Source: Meiothermus sp. (GTDB lineage: Bacteria > Deinococcota > Deinococci > Deinococcales > Thermaceae). From it: a stretch of DNA of 17,799 nt. The translations under genes and the position numbers were made by a program. Under the pieces are notes generated by a model. The model was not told the DNA's origin and ran no database searches. It saw nothing but the letters and a program-made list of their open reading frames with translations. The stretch spans positions 1 to 17,799 of the forward strand of contig JANRLD010000017.1 of NCBI GenBank assembly GCA_033762915.1, in the 5' to 3' direction. Position 1 is the first letter of the stretch. The number at the start of each line of letters is the position of its first letter. This document shows, piece by piece, positions 8,012 through 15,816 of this stretch.

Positions 8012-8047
8012 CGAAGGCGGTGTGGGCTAATGACCACACCGCCTTCG
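8012..8047. terminator. Hairpin between convergent genes, probable bidirectional terminator
   Basis: Perfect 14-bp stem CGAAGGCGGTGTGG / CCACACCGCCTTCG with an 8-nt loop, 13 nt past the GH13 stop. No clear U-tract. Confidence 0.7.
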
Positions 8048-8060
8048 CGTGACCGCCCGG

Positions 8061-11000
8061 CTACTTCCGGACCCGACCGGCCACCAGCTCCTTTTTGAAG
8101 GCCTCGAAACCCGCCCGGTCGCCCCTGGCTAGGAACCCGGCCTGTTCGGCCCACGTGGGCAGCGAGGGCGCAAAACGCAGGCCCGCCGCCCCGATCGCTT
8201 CGCGTAGGGTCTGCTGAGAGGCACCGGCGAGTTGCTCGAAGGTGAGGATGCCTGCCACAGTCAGCGCTGCCGCCATCTTCGGCCCGATGCCCTCGATCAC
8301 GGTCAGGTCATCGGGGACCTTCGGGGCGGATTTGGCCACGGCCTCGCGGGGCTTGGGGACGGGCTTGGCGGGTACTTTGGGTGTTTCCACTAGGTCCTTG
8401 GCCTTGCGTGTGCTCTTGGTTGTGGCCTTGGCGGCTTCGGCTTTGGAGGCTTTTTTCTTGGCCGGCGGCTTGGGGTTTGAAGTTCGGGCGGCACGGGGCT
8501 TTTTGCCCAGCAACTCCTCGAGCCGATACCCTGCCCGGCGCGCGTCCAGACGGTAGGCGCTCAGCACGCCATACCAGCCTCGGGTGTTCCTTGCGGCATC
8601 GAGTTTGGTCTGGCGGCTGTGGCTACTGACCGCCGAGAGGCGCACAAAGCTCGAGAGCAGGGCCTCGAAGGCCTCTTTGTTGAAGTAGACCACCCCATCA
8701 TACCGATTAACCCTTAGGTAGCGCTGCACCTCGGCGTCGTGTTGCCAGGAAGCCAACAGCTCGTTTGCCCCCTTGGCCACCGGGGCAGGCTCGGAAAGTT
8801 TGGCCTGTTGGGAGATCAGCAGGCGCACCAACTCACTCGAGCGGCGGGCGGTGGGCTCGTCGAGCTCCATGCCCACGGCGGTCTCGGCCAGGACGCGACC
8901 GAAGAGCATCTCGTCCATTTGGGCCGCGCTTTGCTCGGGGCTGCCGCCGAGATCGTGGGTGAACAGCCAGCCCAGTGCCACCCCCCAAATGCCCACATGA
9001 CCCGAGGCCCTCGAGCGTAGGTAGTCGTCACCTTCCCCTTTGTCGCCTTTGCGCGGCCTGGGCTCGAGGCCGTCGACCAAGGACGAGAGTTGGAGGGTCT
9101 TCTCGAGCTTCTTCCTGAAGTACTTTAGGTCAAGCGGCTGGGCGCTGCCGACAAAGGTTTGCACTGCGGCAGCCAGCCTGGCATACCTCGACGCCACCTC
9201 GTCCAGCAGGGCCGGGTCCGCTTTGCCTGGGGCGGTTCCGGCCTCCATCAGTCGGGAGAACAGGGTCGGGTTGACCAGCTCACGGAAGGGGGTCAAGACC
9301 GGCTCGAGCCAGAGCTGGCGGCGGGTGTCCTCGATGTTGGGCGACCCACTGCCCCCGAGCATATGGGCAGTGCGGGCGTAGGTGCCGTCAAAGTCGTAGA
9401 CCTCGCGCCAGTCGAGGAGCACCATCCGCTTGTATTCCCCCAAGTCGATGAACAGACCCTTTTCGTGCAGCTCTCGGGCGTTTCGGATGTACTCCAACCC
9501 TGTCACCTGGTCACGGAAGACGGCCCAGGTGCGGTCGTCGAAGCTCAGGCCCAGCCCCTCGCCCAGACGACGTTGGCGCAGCTCACGGCCCTCACCCACC
9601 CGGACCGGCTGTGCCACCGAGAGGGCAACCCAGCCTCGAGCGTGCCCGGCGGAATTGTTATAAACGATTACAGCCCGCTCGCTTACGCCCTTCTCTTCGG
9701 TGCGGTTGGAGAAGGCAAAAACGTTCTCGTCAACCTGGCCCTCCAAGTCGTAGACGTCGTATAGCACGAAGTTTTCCGAGCCTGCGAAGAGGTGGCGCTT
9801 CTTCAGCAGGGGGAAGATCTGCTGGTGGTGGTAGTCCACCAGACCCTGGTCAGGGGTCTCATCGTAATAGGCCCGTCGGTACTCCATGCCGTACTGCTCA
9901 GTGAAGCCCTCCACCTGCCCGTGGCCCAGCATTGGCAGCCCCGGCAAGGTGGCGCAGAGGGTCATCACCCCGAAATACTTCTCGCCCTTGCCGAACTGCT
10001 TCTCAGCCGTCTTCTCGTCGGGGTTGTTGAGGAAGTTCACGTAGCGTTTGAGGATTTCCGGCTCGAACTCCACAGTGTTTTTGAGTACGCTGCGGTACTC
10101 GGCGTTTCGCTCGTCGCGCAGCATCACCATGAAGGCCGAGTTGTAGACCCGGTGCATCCCTAGGCTGCGCACGAAGTAGCCCTCCATCATCCAGAAGGCC
10201 TCGGCCAGCAGGAGGGTGTTGGGGGCCTCGACGGCGCAGCGGTCCACCACTTCGCGCCAGAATTCTTGGGGGATCAGGGCGTCGAACTGCTCCTGGGTCA
10301 GGGCGTGCTCGGCCCGGCTGGGGATGGAACTGCCCCAGCTCGAGCCCCCGGGCGGCGGGAACCACAGCCGTTGGATGTGGCGCTTGGCCAGGGTCATCGC
10401 CGCGTCAAATCGAATGATCGGGAACTGCCGTGCTACGTGCAGTATGGTTTGGATCACCGCTTCGCGCACCTCGGCCTTGAGATAATTGAGCTGAGCGGTG
10501 TCGTTCCAGGGCATCGCGGTGCCGTCGTTACCGTGGTAGATGTAGGTCTGCGAACCGGTCCACCTGTCCACGCGCTTAAACACCACTGCAGCGTCGGTCT
10601 TGTCGTAGTAGTGATCCTCGATGAAGATACTTACCCGGTCGTCGCTGGAAAGGTCGGGGCCGTTAAAGGTGTACGCAGGATAGGGCGGGTAGGGCAGCGA
10701 GATGAACCAGTCCGGGTGCTCGACCACCCACCGCCCGTCAATTCCCACGTGGTTGGGCACCATGTCCGAGGCCAGGCGAATCCCCCTGGCCCAGGCCTTT
10801 TGCCGTAGTACCTCGACGGCGTCCGTGCCGCCCAGGTCTGCGGCTACCTCGTAGTCGTACAGCGAGTAGGCCGAGGCCACCGCGTCAGTGTTGCCCATCC
10901 GCTGCTTAATGACCTTGGAGGCGGTCGAGCGCTCCCACAGACCGATCAGCCAGAGGCCGGTCACGCCCCAGCGCCGCAGCTCGTCCAATTCGGCGTCGGG

Positions 11001-11987
11001 AATCTGGTCCAGGGTGCGGATGTCCCTCCCGTACTTTTTGGAGAGCTGGTCCAGCCAAACGAAGGCGTTCTTGGCCAGCAGCACGCAGTTGGGCATCCAC
11101 TCGAGGTCGGGCGTGAAGTTCTCCGGCTCGTGGACGTACAGGCTGGCTTGCTGGGCCTTGAAGTCGAAGGCCGCTGCGCCCACCCCGCCTCCGTCGTTGC
11201 CGACGGTGACGGCCACGTCGAAGCGACGGGACTCCTCGCGGATCACGTCCAGGCTCACCAGCAGACGCTGCATGAAACGCCCCAGCGTACCCCCGAATCG
11301 CTTGAGCAAGAATTGCAGCTGCGCTTCCAGCGAATCTGCGAACAGCTCGACGGGAAGGCGGAGGCTCTTAAACAGGCTCAGGCCCGTTTCGGAAAAGGCG
11401 GGCTGTTCGTCAAAAAAGGTCTCGAGTCCCCCGATGATCGGAAGGTAGGCGGTGTACTGTTCGAGGTTTGCGTCGTCAAAAAGCTCGAGGAAGGGCGCGA
11501 ACGCGGGATTGGTGTTGGCCATCCACAGCATCAGCATTTCCTCGAGCACGATCTCGCGGTTGGGGCGGCCGTCGTCGGAAAGGCCCGCCAGGTAGTCTTC
11601 TAGCCGCTGCTCGCCCCGGTAGACCTTGATTGCGGGGAACTCCTGGGCGAACGAGCTTAGGGCCTTGTCCAGGTCGGGGCCGAAGCTGGCCTCGAGTCGC
11701 TGGAGGGCCTCCCGCATCACGTTGGGGTTCTGGCTGGCGCGGTACTGCTCGAGCACATAATGCATCATCTCGTCGACCAGCCCCATCGCCGCGACCTGTC
11801 CTACGCTAACCGTGCGGCCCTTGGCCTGCATCGACGCAGCGAACCGGCGGGCACTGGCAAAGTCTGCGAAAACTACGTTGCCGCTGCTGGAAAACAGCCC
11901 CAGATCGAACCCAAAAAAGTCCCGCATTCGAGCCGCGACGTGAAACTCCATCCGGCCCCGAAAGAGTGAAGGTTTTGCTGGATTCAT
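8061..11987 (-). CDS. Large alpha-amylase family (GH13) protein with a C-terminal Lys/Ala/Pro linker and helix-hairpin-helix domain
   Basis: SD GAGGAG. GH13 conserved regions DMVPNH, IRFDAAM (nucleophile Asp), LLAEAFW (acid/base Glu) and FLNNPDE. No signal peptide. Tail DDLTVIEGIGPKMAAALTVAGILTFEQLA is HhH-type. Confidence 0.9.
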   Translation of the reverse strand: MNPAKPSLFRGRMEFHVAARMRDFFGFDLGLFSSSGNVVFADFASARRFAASMQAKGRTVSVGQVAAMGLVDEMMHYVLEQYRASQNPNVMREALQRLEASFGPDLDKALSSFAQEFPAIKVYRGEQRLEDYLAGLSDDGRPNREIVLEEMLMLWMANTNPAFAPFLELFDDANLEQYTAYLPIIGGLETFFDEQPAFSETGLSLFKSLRLPVELFADSLEAQLQFLLKRFGGTLGRFMQRLLVSLDVIREESRRFDVAVTVGNDGGGVGAAAFDFKAQQASLYVHEPENFTPDLEWMPNCVLLAKNAFVWLDQLSKKYGRDIRTLDQIPDAELDELRRWGVTGLWLIGLWERSTASKVIKQRMGNTDAVASAYSLYDYEVAADLGGTDAVEVLRQKAWARGIRLASDMVPNHVGIDGRWVVEHPDWFISLPYPPYPAYTFNGPDLSSDDRVSIFIEDHYYDKTDAAVVFKRVDRWTGSQTYIYHGNDGTAMPWNDTAQLNYLKAEVREAVIQTILHVARQFPIIRFDAAMTLAKRHIQRLWFPPPGGSSWGSSIPSRAEHALTQEQFDALIPQEFWREVVDRCAVEAPNTLLLAEAFWMMEGYFVRSLGMHRVYNSAFMVMLRDERNAEYRSVLKNTVEFEPEILKRYVNFLNNPDEKTAEKQFGKGEKYFGVMTLCATLPGLPMLGHGQVEGFTEQYGMEYRRAYYDETPDQGLVDYHHQQIFPLLKKRHLFAGSENFVLYDVYDLEGQVDENVFAFSNRTEEKGVSERAVIVYNNSAGHARGWVALSVAQPVRVGEGRELRQRRLGEGLGLSFDDRTWAVFRDQVTGLEYIRNARELHEKGLFIDLGEYKRMVLLDWREVYDFDGTYARTAHMLGGSGSPNIEDTRRQLWLEPVLTPFRELVNPTLFSRLMEAGTAPGKADPALLDEVASRYARLAAAVQTFVGSAQPLDLKYFRKKLEKTLQLSSLVDGLEPRPRKGDKGEGDDYLRSRASGHVGIWGVALGWLFTHDLGGSPEQSAAQMDEMLFGRVLAETAVGMELDEPTARRSSELVRLLISQQAKLSEPAPVAKGANELLASWQHDAEVQRYLRVNRYDGVVYFNKEAFEALLSSFVRLSAVSSHSRQTKLDAARNTRGWYGVLSAYRLDARRAGYRLEELLGKKPRAARTSNPKPPAKKKASKAEAAKATTKSTRKAKDLVETPKVPAKPVPKPREAVAKSAPKVPDDLTVIEGIGPKMAAALTVAGILTFEQLAGASQQTLREAIGAAGLRFAPSLPTWAEQAGFLARGDRAGFEAFKKELVAGRVRK

Positions 11988-12125
11988 ACGGCTCTCCTCA
12001 CAAATCGCAACAAGTCTATCGCTTCACCTGTTTACTGTACATTGTGGGCAAACCGCCGCTGAGGCAAGATCGCGTTCAGCAGGCCCGGACAAACGGAAGT
12101 GCTGTGGCAGAGCTATCCTCCACCC

Positions 12126-12155
12126 AAAAGAACAAGCCGGCGAGTCAAACACCGG
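12126..12155 (-). terminator. Possible intrinsic terminator downstream of the aldo/keto reductase
   Basis: Minus strand CCGGTG-tttgact-CGCCGG followed by CTTGTTCTTTT. The stem is short (6 bp) with one G-U pair. Confidence 0.35.
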
Positions 12156-12284
12156 ATAACCTTGGGCCGAGTACGGATCTCGGTCGAAGCGGTTTTTGGG
12201 GTTGCATAGACGCTGCGTTTTTGCGCTGTAGGCCCTGCTTGGTGGACAAGTCGCTGCAAGCCAGGTGTATCGCTATTTGTTCCG

Positions 12285-13274
12285 TCAATTATGCCCCGAT
12301 ACGGGGTGGGGTTGATACACCTCCTCGAGCCGTTTTACGTCCTCCGCATCCAGCTTTAGGCTAAGTGCGTTCAGGGCGTCCTCGAGGTGCTCGTGTCTGC
12401 TGGCCCCTATAATCGGCGCAGTCACGCCCGGCTTACTCAACAGCCAGGCCAGTGCCACGCGCGAAGGGGAGACCCCGCGCCCGCTGGCCACTTCCTTCAG
12501 CCTCTCGATCACGTCGAAGTCGTTGGGGCTGCCGTACAGCGCGTCGGAAAAACTGTCGGTCCGAGCACGTTCCGTAAGCTTTTGGCCGTCCCGGGTGCGG
12601 TTGCCCGCCAGCAGACCCCGCGCCAATGGGCTCCAGGGCAAAACCCCGACCCCCATCTCGAGGCACTGCGGGATCATTTCGCGCTCCTCCTCGCGGTAGA
12701 TCAAGTTGTAATGGTTTTGCATGGAGACGAAGCGGGTTAAGCCGAGCCGATCTGCGGTATGCTGGGCCTTGGCGAATTGCCAGGCGTGCATGCTGCTGGC
12801 GCCGATGTAGCGCACCCGGCCACTCCTGACCAAGTCGTTCAGCGCGGTCATGGTCTCCTCGATGGGCGTGTGGTAGTCCCAGCGGTGAATCTGGTAGAGG
12901 TCGAGGTAATCGGTTTGCAGCCGCCGCAGCGAGGCGTCGACTTGGGCGAAAATTTGCTGCCTGGACAGACCCCCGTTGTTGGGGTCGTGCGGCGTATGGC
13001 CCACCGGGAAGTAGACCTTGGTGGCCAGCACCACTTCTTCGCGCCGGGCATACTTTTTCAGTAGCGCGCCGGTAATCTCTTCGCTGCGGCCCGCGCTGTA
13101 GGCGTTGGCGGTGTCAAAGAAGTTGATGCCGGCCTCGAGCGCCCGCCGCACGAAGGGATCGGCGGCGTCTTGCTCGAGGTTCCAGGGCCTTAGCTTGGGG
13201 TCACCGTAGGTCATCATCCCCAGACACAAGCGCGAGACTTTGAGGCCGGTCTGACCGAGACGGGTATATTCCAT
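12285..13274 (-). CDS. Aldo/keto reductase (YajO/IolS-like)
   Basis: SD AGGAG. LGQTGLKVSRLCLG, FFDTANAY, LATKV, SLRRLQTDYLDLYQIHRWD, GRVRYIGASS and WSPLARG are present. The D-Y-K-H tetrad is intact. Confidence 0.95.
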   Translation of the reverse strand: MEYTRLGQTGLKVSRLCLGMMTYGDPKLRPWNLEQDAADPFVRRALEAGINFFDTANAYSAGRSEEITGALLKKYARREEVVLATKVYFPVGHTPHDPNNGGLSRQQIFAQVDASLRRLQTDYLDLYQIHRWDYHTPIEETMTALNDLVRSGRVRYIGASSMHAWQFAKAQHTADRLGLTRFVSMQNHYNLIYREEEREMIPQCLEMGVGVLPWSPLARGLLAGNRTRDGQKLTERARTDSFSDALYGSPNDFDVIERLKEVASGRGVSPSRVALAWLLSKPGVTAPIIGASRHEHLEDALNALSLKLDAEDVKRLEEVYQPHPVSGHN

Positions 13275-13307
13275 GATGAACTCCTACGTTTCAGGGGACT
13301 TTGATGG

Positions 13308-13343
13308 GCGAACCCGCTGGCCCGTTGACTCCAGCGGGTTCGC
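13308..13343 (-). terminator. Hairpin after tpiA
   Basis: Perfect 13-bp stem GCGAACCCGCTGG / CCAGCGGGTTCGC with a 10-nt loop. No U-tract on the minus strand. Confidence 0.6.
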
Positions 13344-13386
13344 GTCGAACGTCTTCTAGAGTGGGCTGAGAAACCCGGACCTTTTT

Positions 13387-14139
13387 CTACTTCACCGCCT
13401 CGAGCAGCTTCACATAGTCGTCCAGCTTTAGACTCGCCCCGCCCACCAGTCCGCCGTCGATGTTGGGCTGACCGAACAGGGCGGCGGCGTTATCCGGCTT
13501 GACCGAGCCGCCGTAGAGGATGCGTACGCTGTTGGCGAAGCCCAGGTCGTAGCGCTGGGCCAGCCAGGCCCGGATCTCGCGGTGCATGGCCTCGGCGTCG
13601 TCGGGTGTGGCGGTTTTGCCGGTGCCGATGGCCCAAACCGGCTCGTAGGCCACCACCAGCTTGTCGGCGCTGTCGGGGGCGATGCCCTCGAGGCTGCCTG
13701 CGAGTTGCTTCAGGGTGTATTCGACGTGGGTTCCGGCCTCGCGAATCTCCAGCGGTTCGCCCACACACAAGATGGGGATGATACCGACCTCGTTCAGGCG
13801 TTTAATCTTTTGGGCCACCAACGCGTCGCTCTCGCCATGGTAACTGCGACGCTCAGAGTGACCCACCACGGTGTACTTACAGGCCAGGTCGGCCAGCATT
13901 TTAGCCGAGACTTCACCGGTGTAGGCCCCCTCGGTGTGTCCGGATACGTCCTGAGCACCCCAGTACACCCCATTCCCCTCGAGGACTTCCGAGGCGATGG
14001 GCAGCGAGACAAAGTTGACCATCAGTGCAGCCTCGGCCGCGGTGGCAGGCATTTTATCCAACAGATCCCGGAACCAGCTCTTGGCCTCGGACGGGGTTTT
14101 GTACATCTTCCAATTTCCAGCGACGAGGATTTTTCGCAT
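13387..14139 (-). CDS. tpiA: Triosephosphate isomerase
   Basis: [28 protein letters not shown] and LVGGASL motifs. ATG at 14139 follows GGAGG (14145-14149). Confidence 0.98.
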   Translation of the reverse strand: MRKILVAGNWKMYKTPSEAKSWFRDLLDKMPATAAEAALMVNFVSLPIASEVLEGNGVYWGAQDVSGHTEGAYTGEVSAKMLADLACKYTVVGHSERRSYHGESDALVAQKIKRLNEVGIIPILCVGEPLEIREAGTHVEYTLKQLAGSLEGIAPDSADKLVVAYEPVWAIGTGKTATPDDAEAMHREIRAWLAQRYDLGFANSVRILYGGSVKPDNAAALFGQPNIDGGLVGGASLKLDDYVKLLEAVK

Positions 14140-14163
14140 TAAGGCCTCCAAAACGTGCCCTTG

Positions 14164-14247
14164 ATTATTCCACTCTTACGTGGGGTTGTCATACACATCA
14201 GTATATAAATCCCTCACAAACTGAAATTATCGTGAAAAACATCACTT
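14164..14247 (-). promoter_or_regulatory. Putative tpiA promoter (ATGACA-N17-AATAAT) with an upstream GTGA-N6-TCAC palindrome
   Basis: -35-like hexamer at 14192-14187 and -10-like hexamer at 14169-14164, each 5/6 to sigma70 consensus. Conspicuously AT-rich spacer. Palindrome at 14232-14245. Confidence 0.45.
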
Positions 14248-14257
14248 ATTATAGGTT

Positions 14258-15052
14258 TTACCCGTTCTTGGCCCGGTACGCCCGGAAATAGTCAATCTCG
14301 CAGACCCTGGGAAAGGGGATGATAGCGTCCTCGGCCCGAAGTTCATGGGGCCGCTCGTACAGGCCCAGCATGAACTGCATGGGGTACTTCGGCGACTGCT
14401 CGATGCTGCGAAACTTGCGGTTGTCGACGTAGAAGTCGACCCGTTCGGGCGTCCACTCCACCCCGTAGACGTGGTACTCGGCGGCATTGAAGGGAAGCCA
14501 ATCTTCGTAGGTTTCCTGCATAAGGTTGGGGTCGTCCCAGCTCAGGATACCGGTGTCCACCCGCGACCGCCCCGGCTCGATGTTCCCGCCGTGCAGCTCG
14601 AAGCAGCGAATCTCACCGGCCTGGGGCTGGTCGAACCCAATCATCCAGAGCGCGGTGTGATACCCGGTCACCGCCAAAGCCTTCAGCCGAACCTCGAAAT
14701 ACCCGAATAGCGGCGTATAGTGCCGAACAGTGGGCAGATTTTCCGTAACCACGAAGGCGGGGTTGTAGTGCCGGAATTGCCCTACCTGACTGCCCTTGGG
14801 CCCAGAAAAGTGCCCGGTCTGCAGGTTGGCGACCCGGTCGCTGCCGTCGACCCAGGTTGGCTGATCTTCCTCAATGCGAAGGCGCAGCGATCCGTCCTTA
14901 AGAGCGTAGCGAGCGGAGGTACGCTCGAGGCTGCTCCAGTGGGGGAGTAGGTAGGGAAACCACTTGCCCGTATCAAGGGTTTCTCGGTCGAACTCGTCAG
15001 AAAACTCGAGGGTGTAGCCGGGTCGCTCTAAAGGGTTGGGAGGGAAGTCCAC
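14258..15052 (-). CDS. Glycoside hydrolase family 16-like protein, cytoplasmic, with an atypical catalytic motif
   Basis: YTLEFSDEFD, FGYFEVRLK, TALWM, GEIRCFE, YHVYGVEWTPERVDFYVD and IDYFRAY motifs. Start uncertain: TTG 15085 in the track; GTG 15052 is preferred because it follows TG-T-TATCCT and lies beyond the upstream remnant's stop. Confidence 0.85.
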   Translation of the reverse strand: MDFPPNPLERPGYTLEFSDEFDRETLDTGKWFPYLLPHWSSLERTSARYALKDGSLRLRIEEDQPTWVDGSDRVANLQTGHFSGPKGSQVGQFRHYNPAFVVTENLPTVRHYTPLFGYFEVRLKALAVTGYHTALWMIGFDQPQAGEIRCFELHGGNIEPGRSRVDTGILSWDDPNLMQETYEDWLPFNAAEYHVYGVEWTPERVDFYVDNRKFRSIEQSPKYPMQFMLGLYERPHELRAEDAIIPFPRVCEIDYFRAYRAKNG

Positions 15053-15071
15053 GAAGGGGTAGGATAACACT

Positions 15072-15230
15072 TCAGCGCAACCCAAACTCCTCGCTGAGAA
15101 TCTCGTGGCGGTTTTTGCCCCTCTGGCGGAGCTCTGTGGTGAGTTTTCGGGTCATAGAGCCTGGGCCGCACATAAAAACCTGGGCTGCCTCAAGGTGTGC
15201 GGGGCCGAACCATTGCTCCCGAGTTTGACC
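15072..15230 (-). pseudogene. C-terminal remnant of an FNR-family (ferric reductase/oxidoreductase NAD-binding) gene
   Basis: The minus frame ending at TGA 15074-15072 reads GQTREQWFGPAHLEAAQVFMCGPGSMTRKLTTELRQRGKNRHEILSEEFGLR*. This is the CGPxxM...G.....I..ExF signature. No credible start or FAD-binding part; 5' boundary approximate. Confidence 0.75.
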
Positions 15231-15286
15231 GCAGCAATGAGGTGGGAATAGTCGACATTGAACGATTTGCCCGTTCAGATACTCAT

Positions 15287-15637
15287 TCAGATGTCTAAGG
15301 CCAGGTGAAACCGTACCCGCTTGGCCGCCGCCTCGAGCAACCTCCGCAGTTCGCCAAGCTCCTCCTTTGCCCGCCTTGCGCGCCCGCTCTCATCGCCCTC
15401 GAGCCGCCCCAACAGCGTCTCCACAGCCTTGAGGCCTCCCTCGGCCTCAAACCAGACCTCGCCCAAACTCAGGCCGTCTGCTGCTTCCTCGTCGAAATAC
15501 TCGTAGGGGCTCTGGCCGAAAAAGCGCATCAGGCCGCTCTCGCCGGCCAGCGCCTCGAACCATGGCTCATCCACCTCGAAAAAGTCCGGGGAATCAAGGC
15601 CGATCTCCCGCTCGAACACCGCGTACAGGCTGGGCAT
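15287..15637 (-). CDS. Hypothetical acidic protein, 116 aa
   Basis: GGAGG SD 7 nt before the ATG, co-oriented with neighbours, GC3-rich codons, helical amphipathic C-terminal half. No family recognised. Confidence 0.8.
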   Translation of the reverse strand: MPSLYAVFEREIGLDSPDFFEVDEPWFEALAGESGLMRFFGQSPYEYFDEEAADGLSLGEVWFEAEGGLKAVETLLGRLEGDESGRARRAKEELGELRRLLEAAAKRVRFHLALDI

Positions 15638-15642
15638 GAATA

Positions 15643-15669
15643 AACCTCCGCTTTAGGGTAGCGGAGGTT
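15643..15669 (-). promoter_or_regulatory. Hairpin containing the SD of the 116-aa gene; may also terminate pgk transcripts
   Basis: AACCTCCGCT-accctaa-AGCGGAGGTT perfect 10-bp stem, followed by TATTC-ATG on the minus strand. Confidence 0.55.
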
Positions 15670-15816
15670 GTCGGTTGGGTTGGGTTATCGCTGGTTCAGA
15701 GATAGCAGCGGTCGGCAGACGGGGTGCGCCAAGTCCACACGCTGCAAACGGGATGGCCAACGGAGTACAGCCGCAAGGGTCTTGCACAGCACCGATTGAA
15801 CCGGGCGAAAAGCCCC

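Noticed and set aside
12254..12279. Possible third copy of the 26-bp element end after the AKR stop
   Set aside because: Only about 15/26 match, no TA boundary and no convincing partner end.
11966..12364. 132-aa + strand ORF between the GH13 and AKR genes
   Set aside because: It overlaps both neighbours in antisense, has no SD or recognisable domain, and occupies the expected terminator/promoter space.
15670..15816. 6S RNA or known riboswitch (c-di-GMP, c-di-AMP) downstream of pgk
   Set aside because: No consensus motifs were recognisable by eye and pairing is too limited. Retained only as a possible structured leader.
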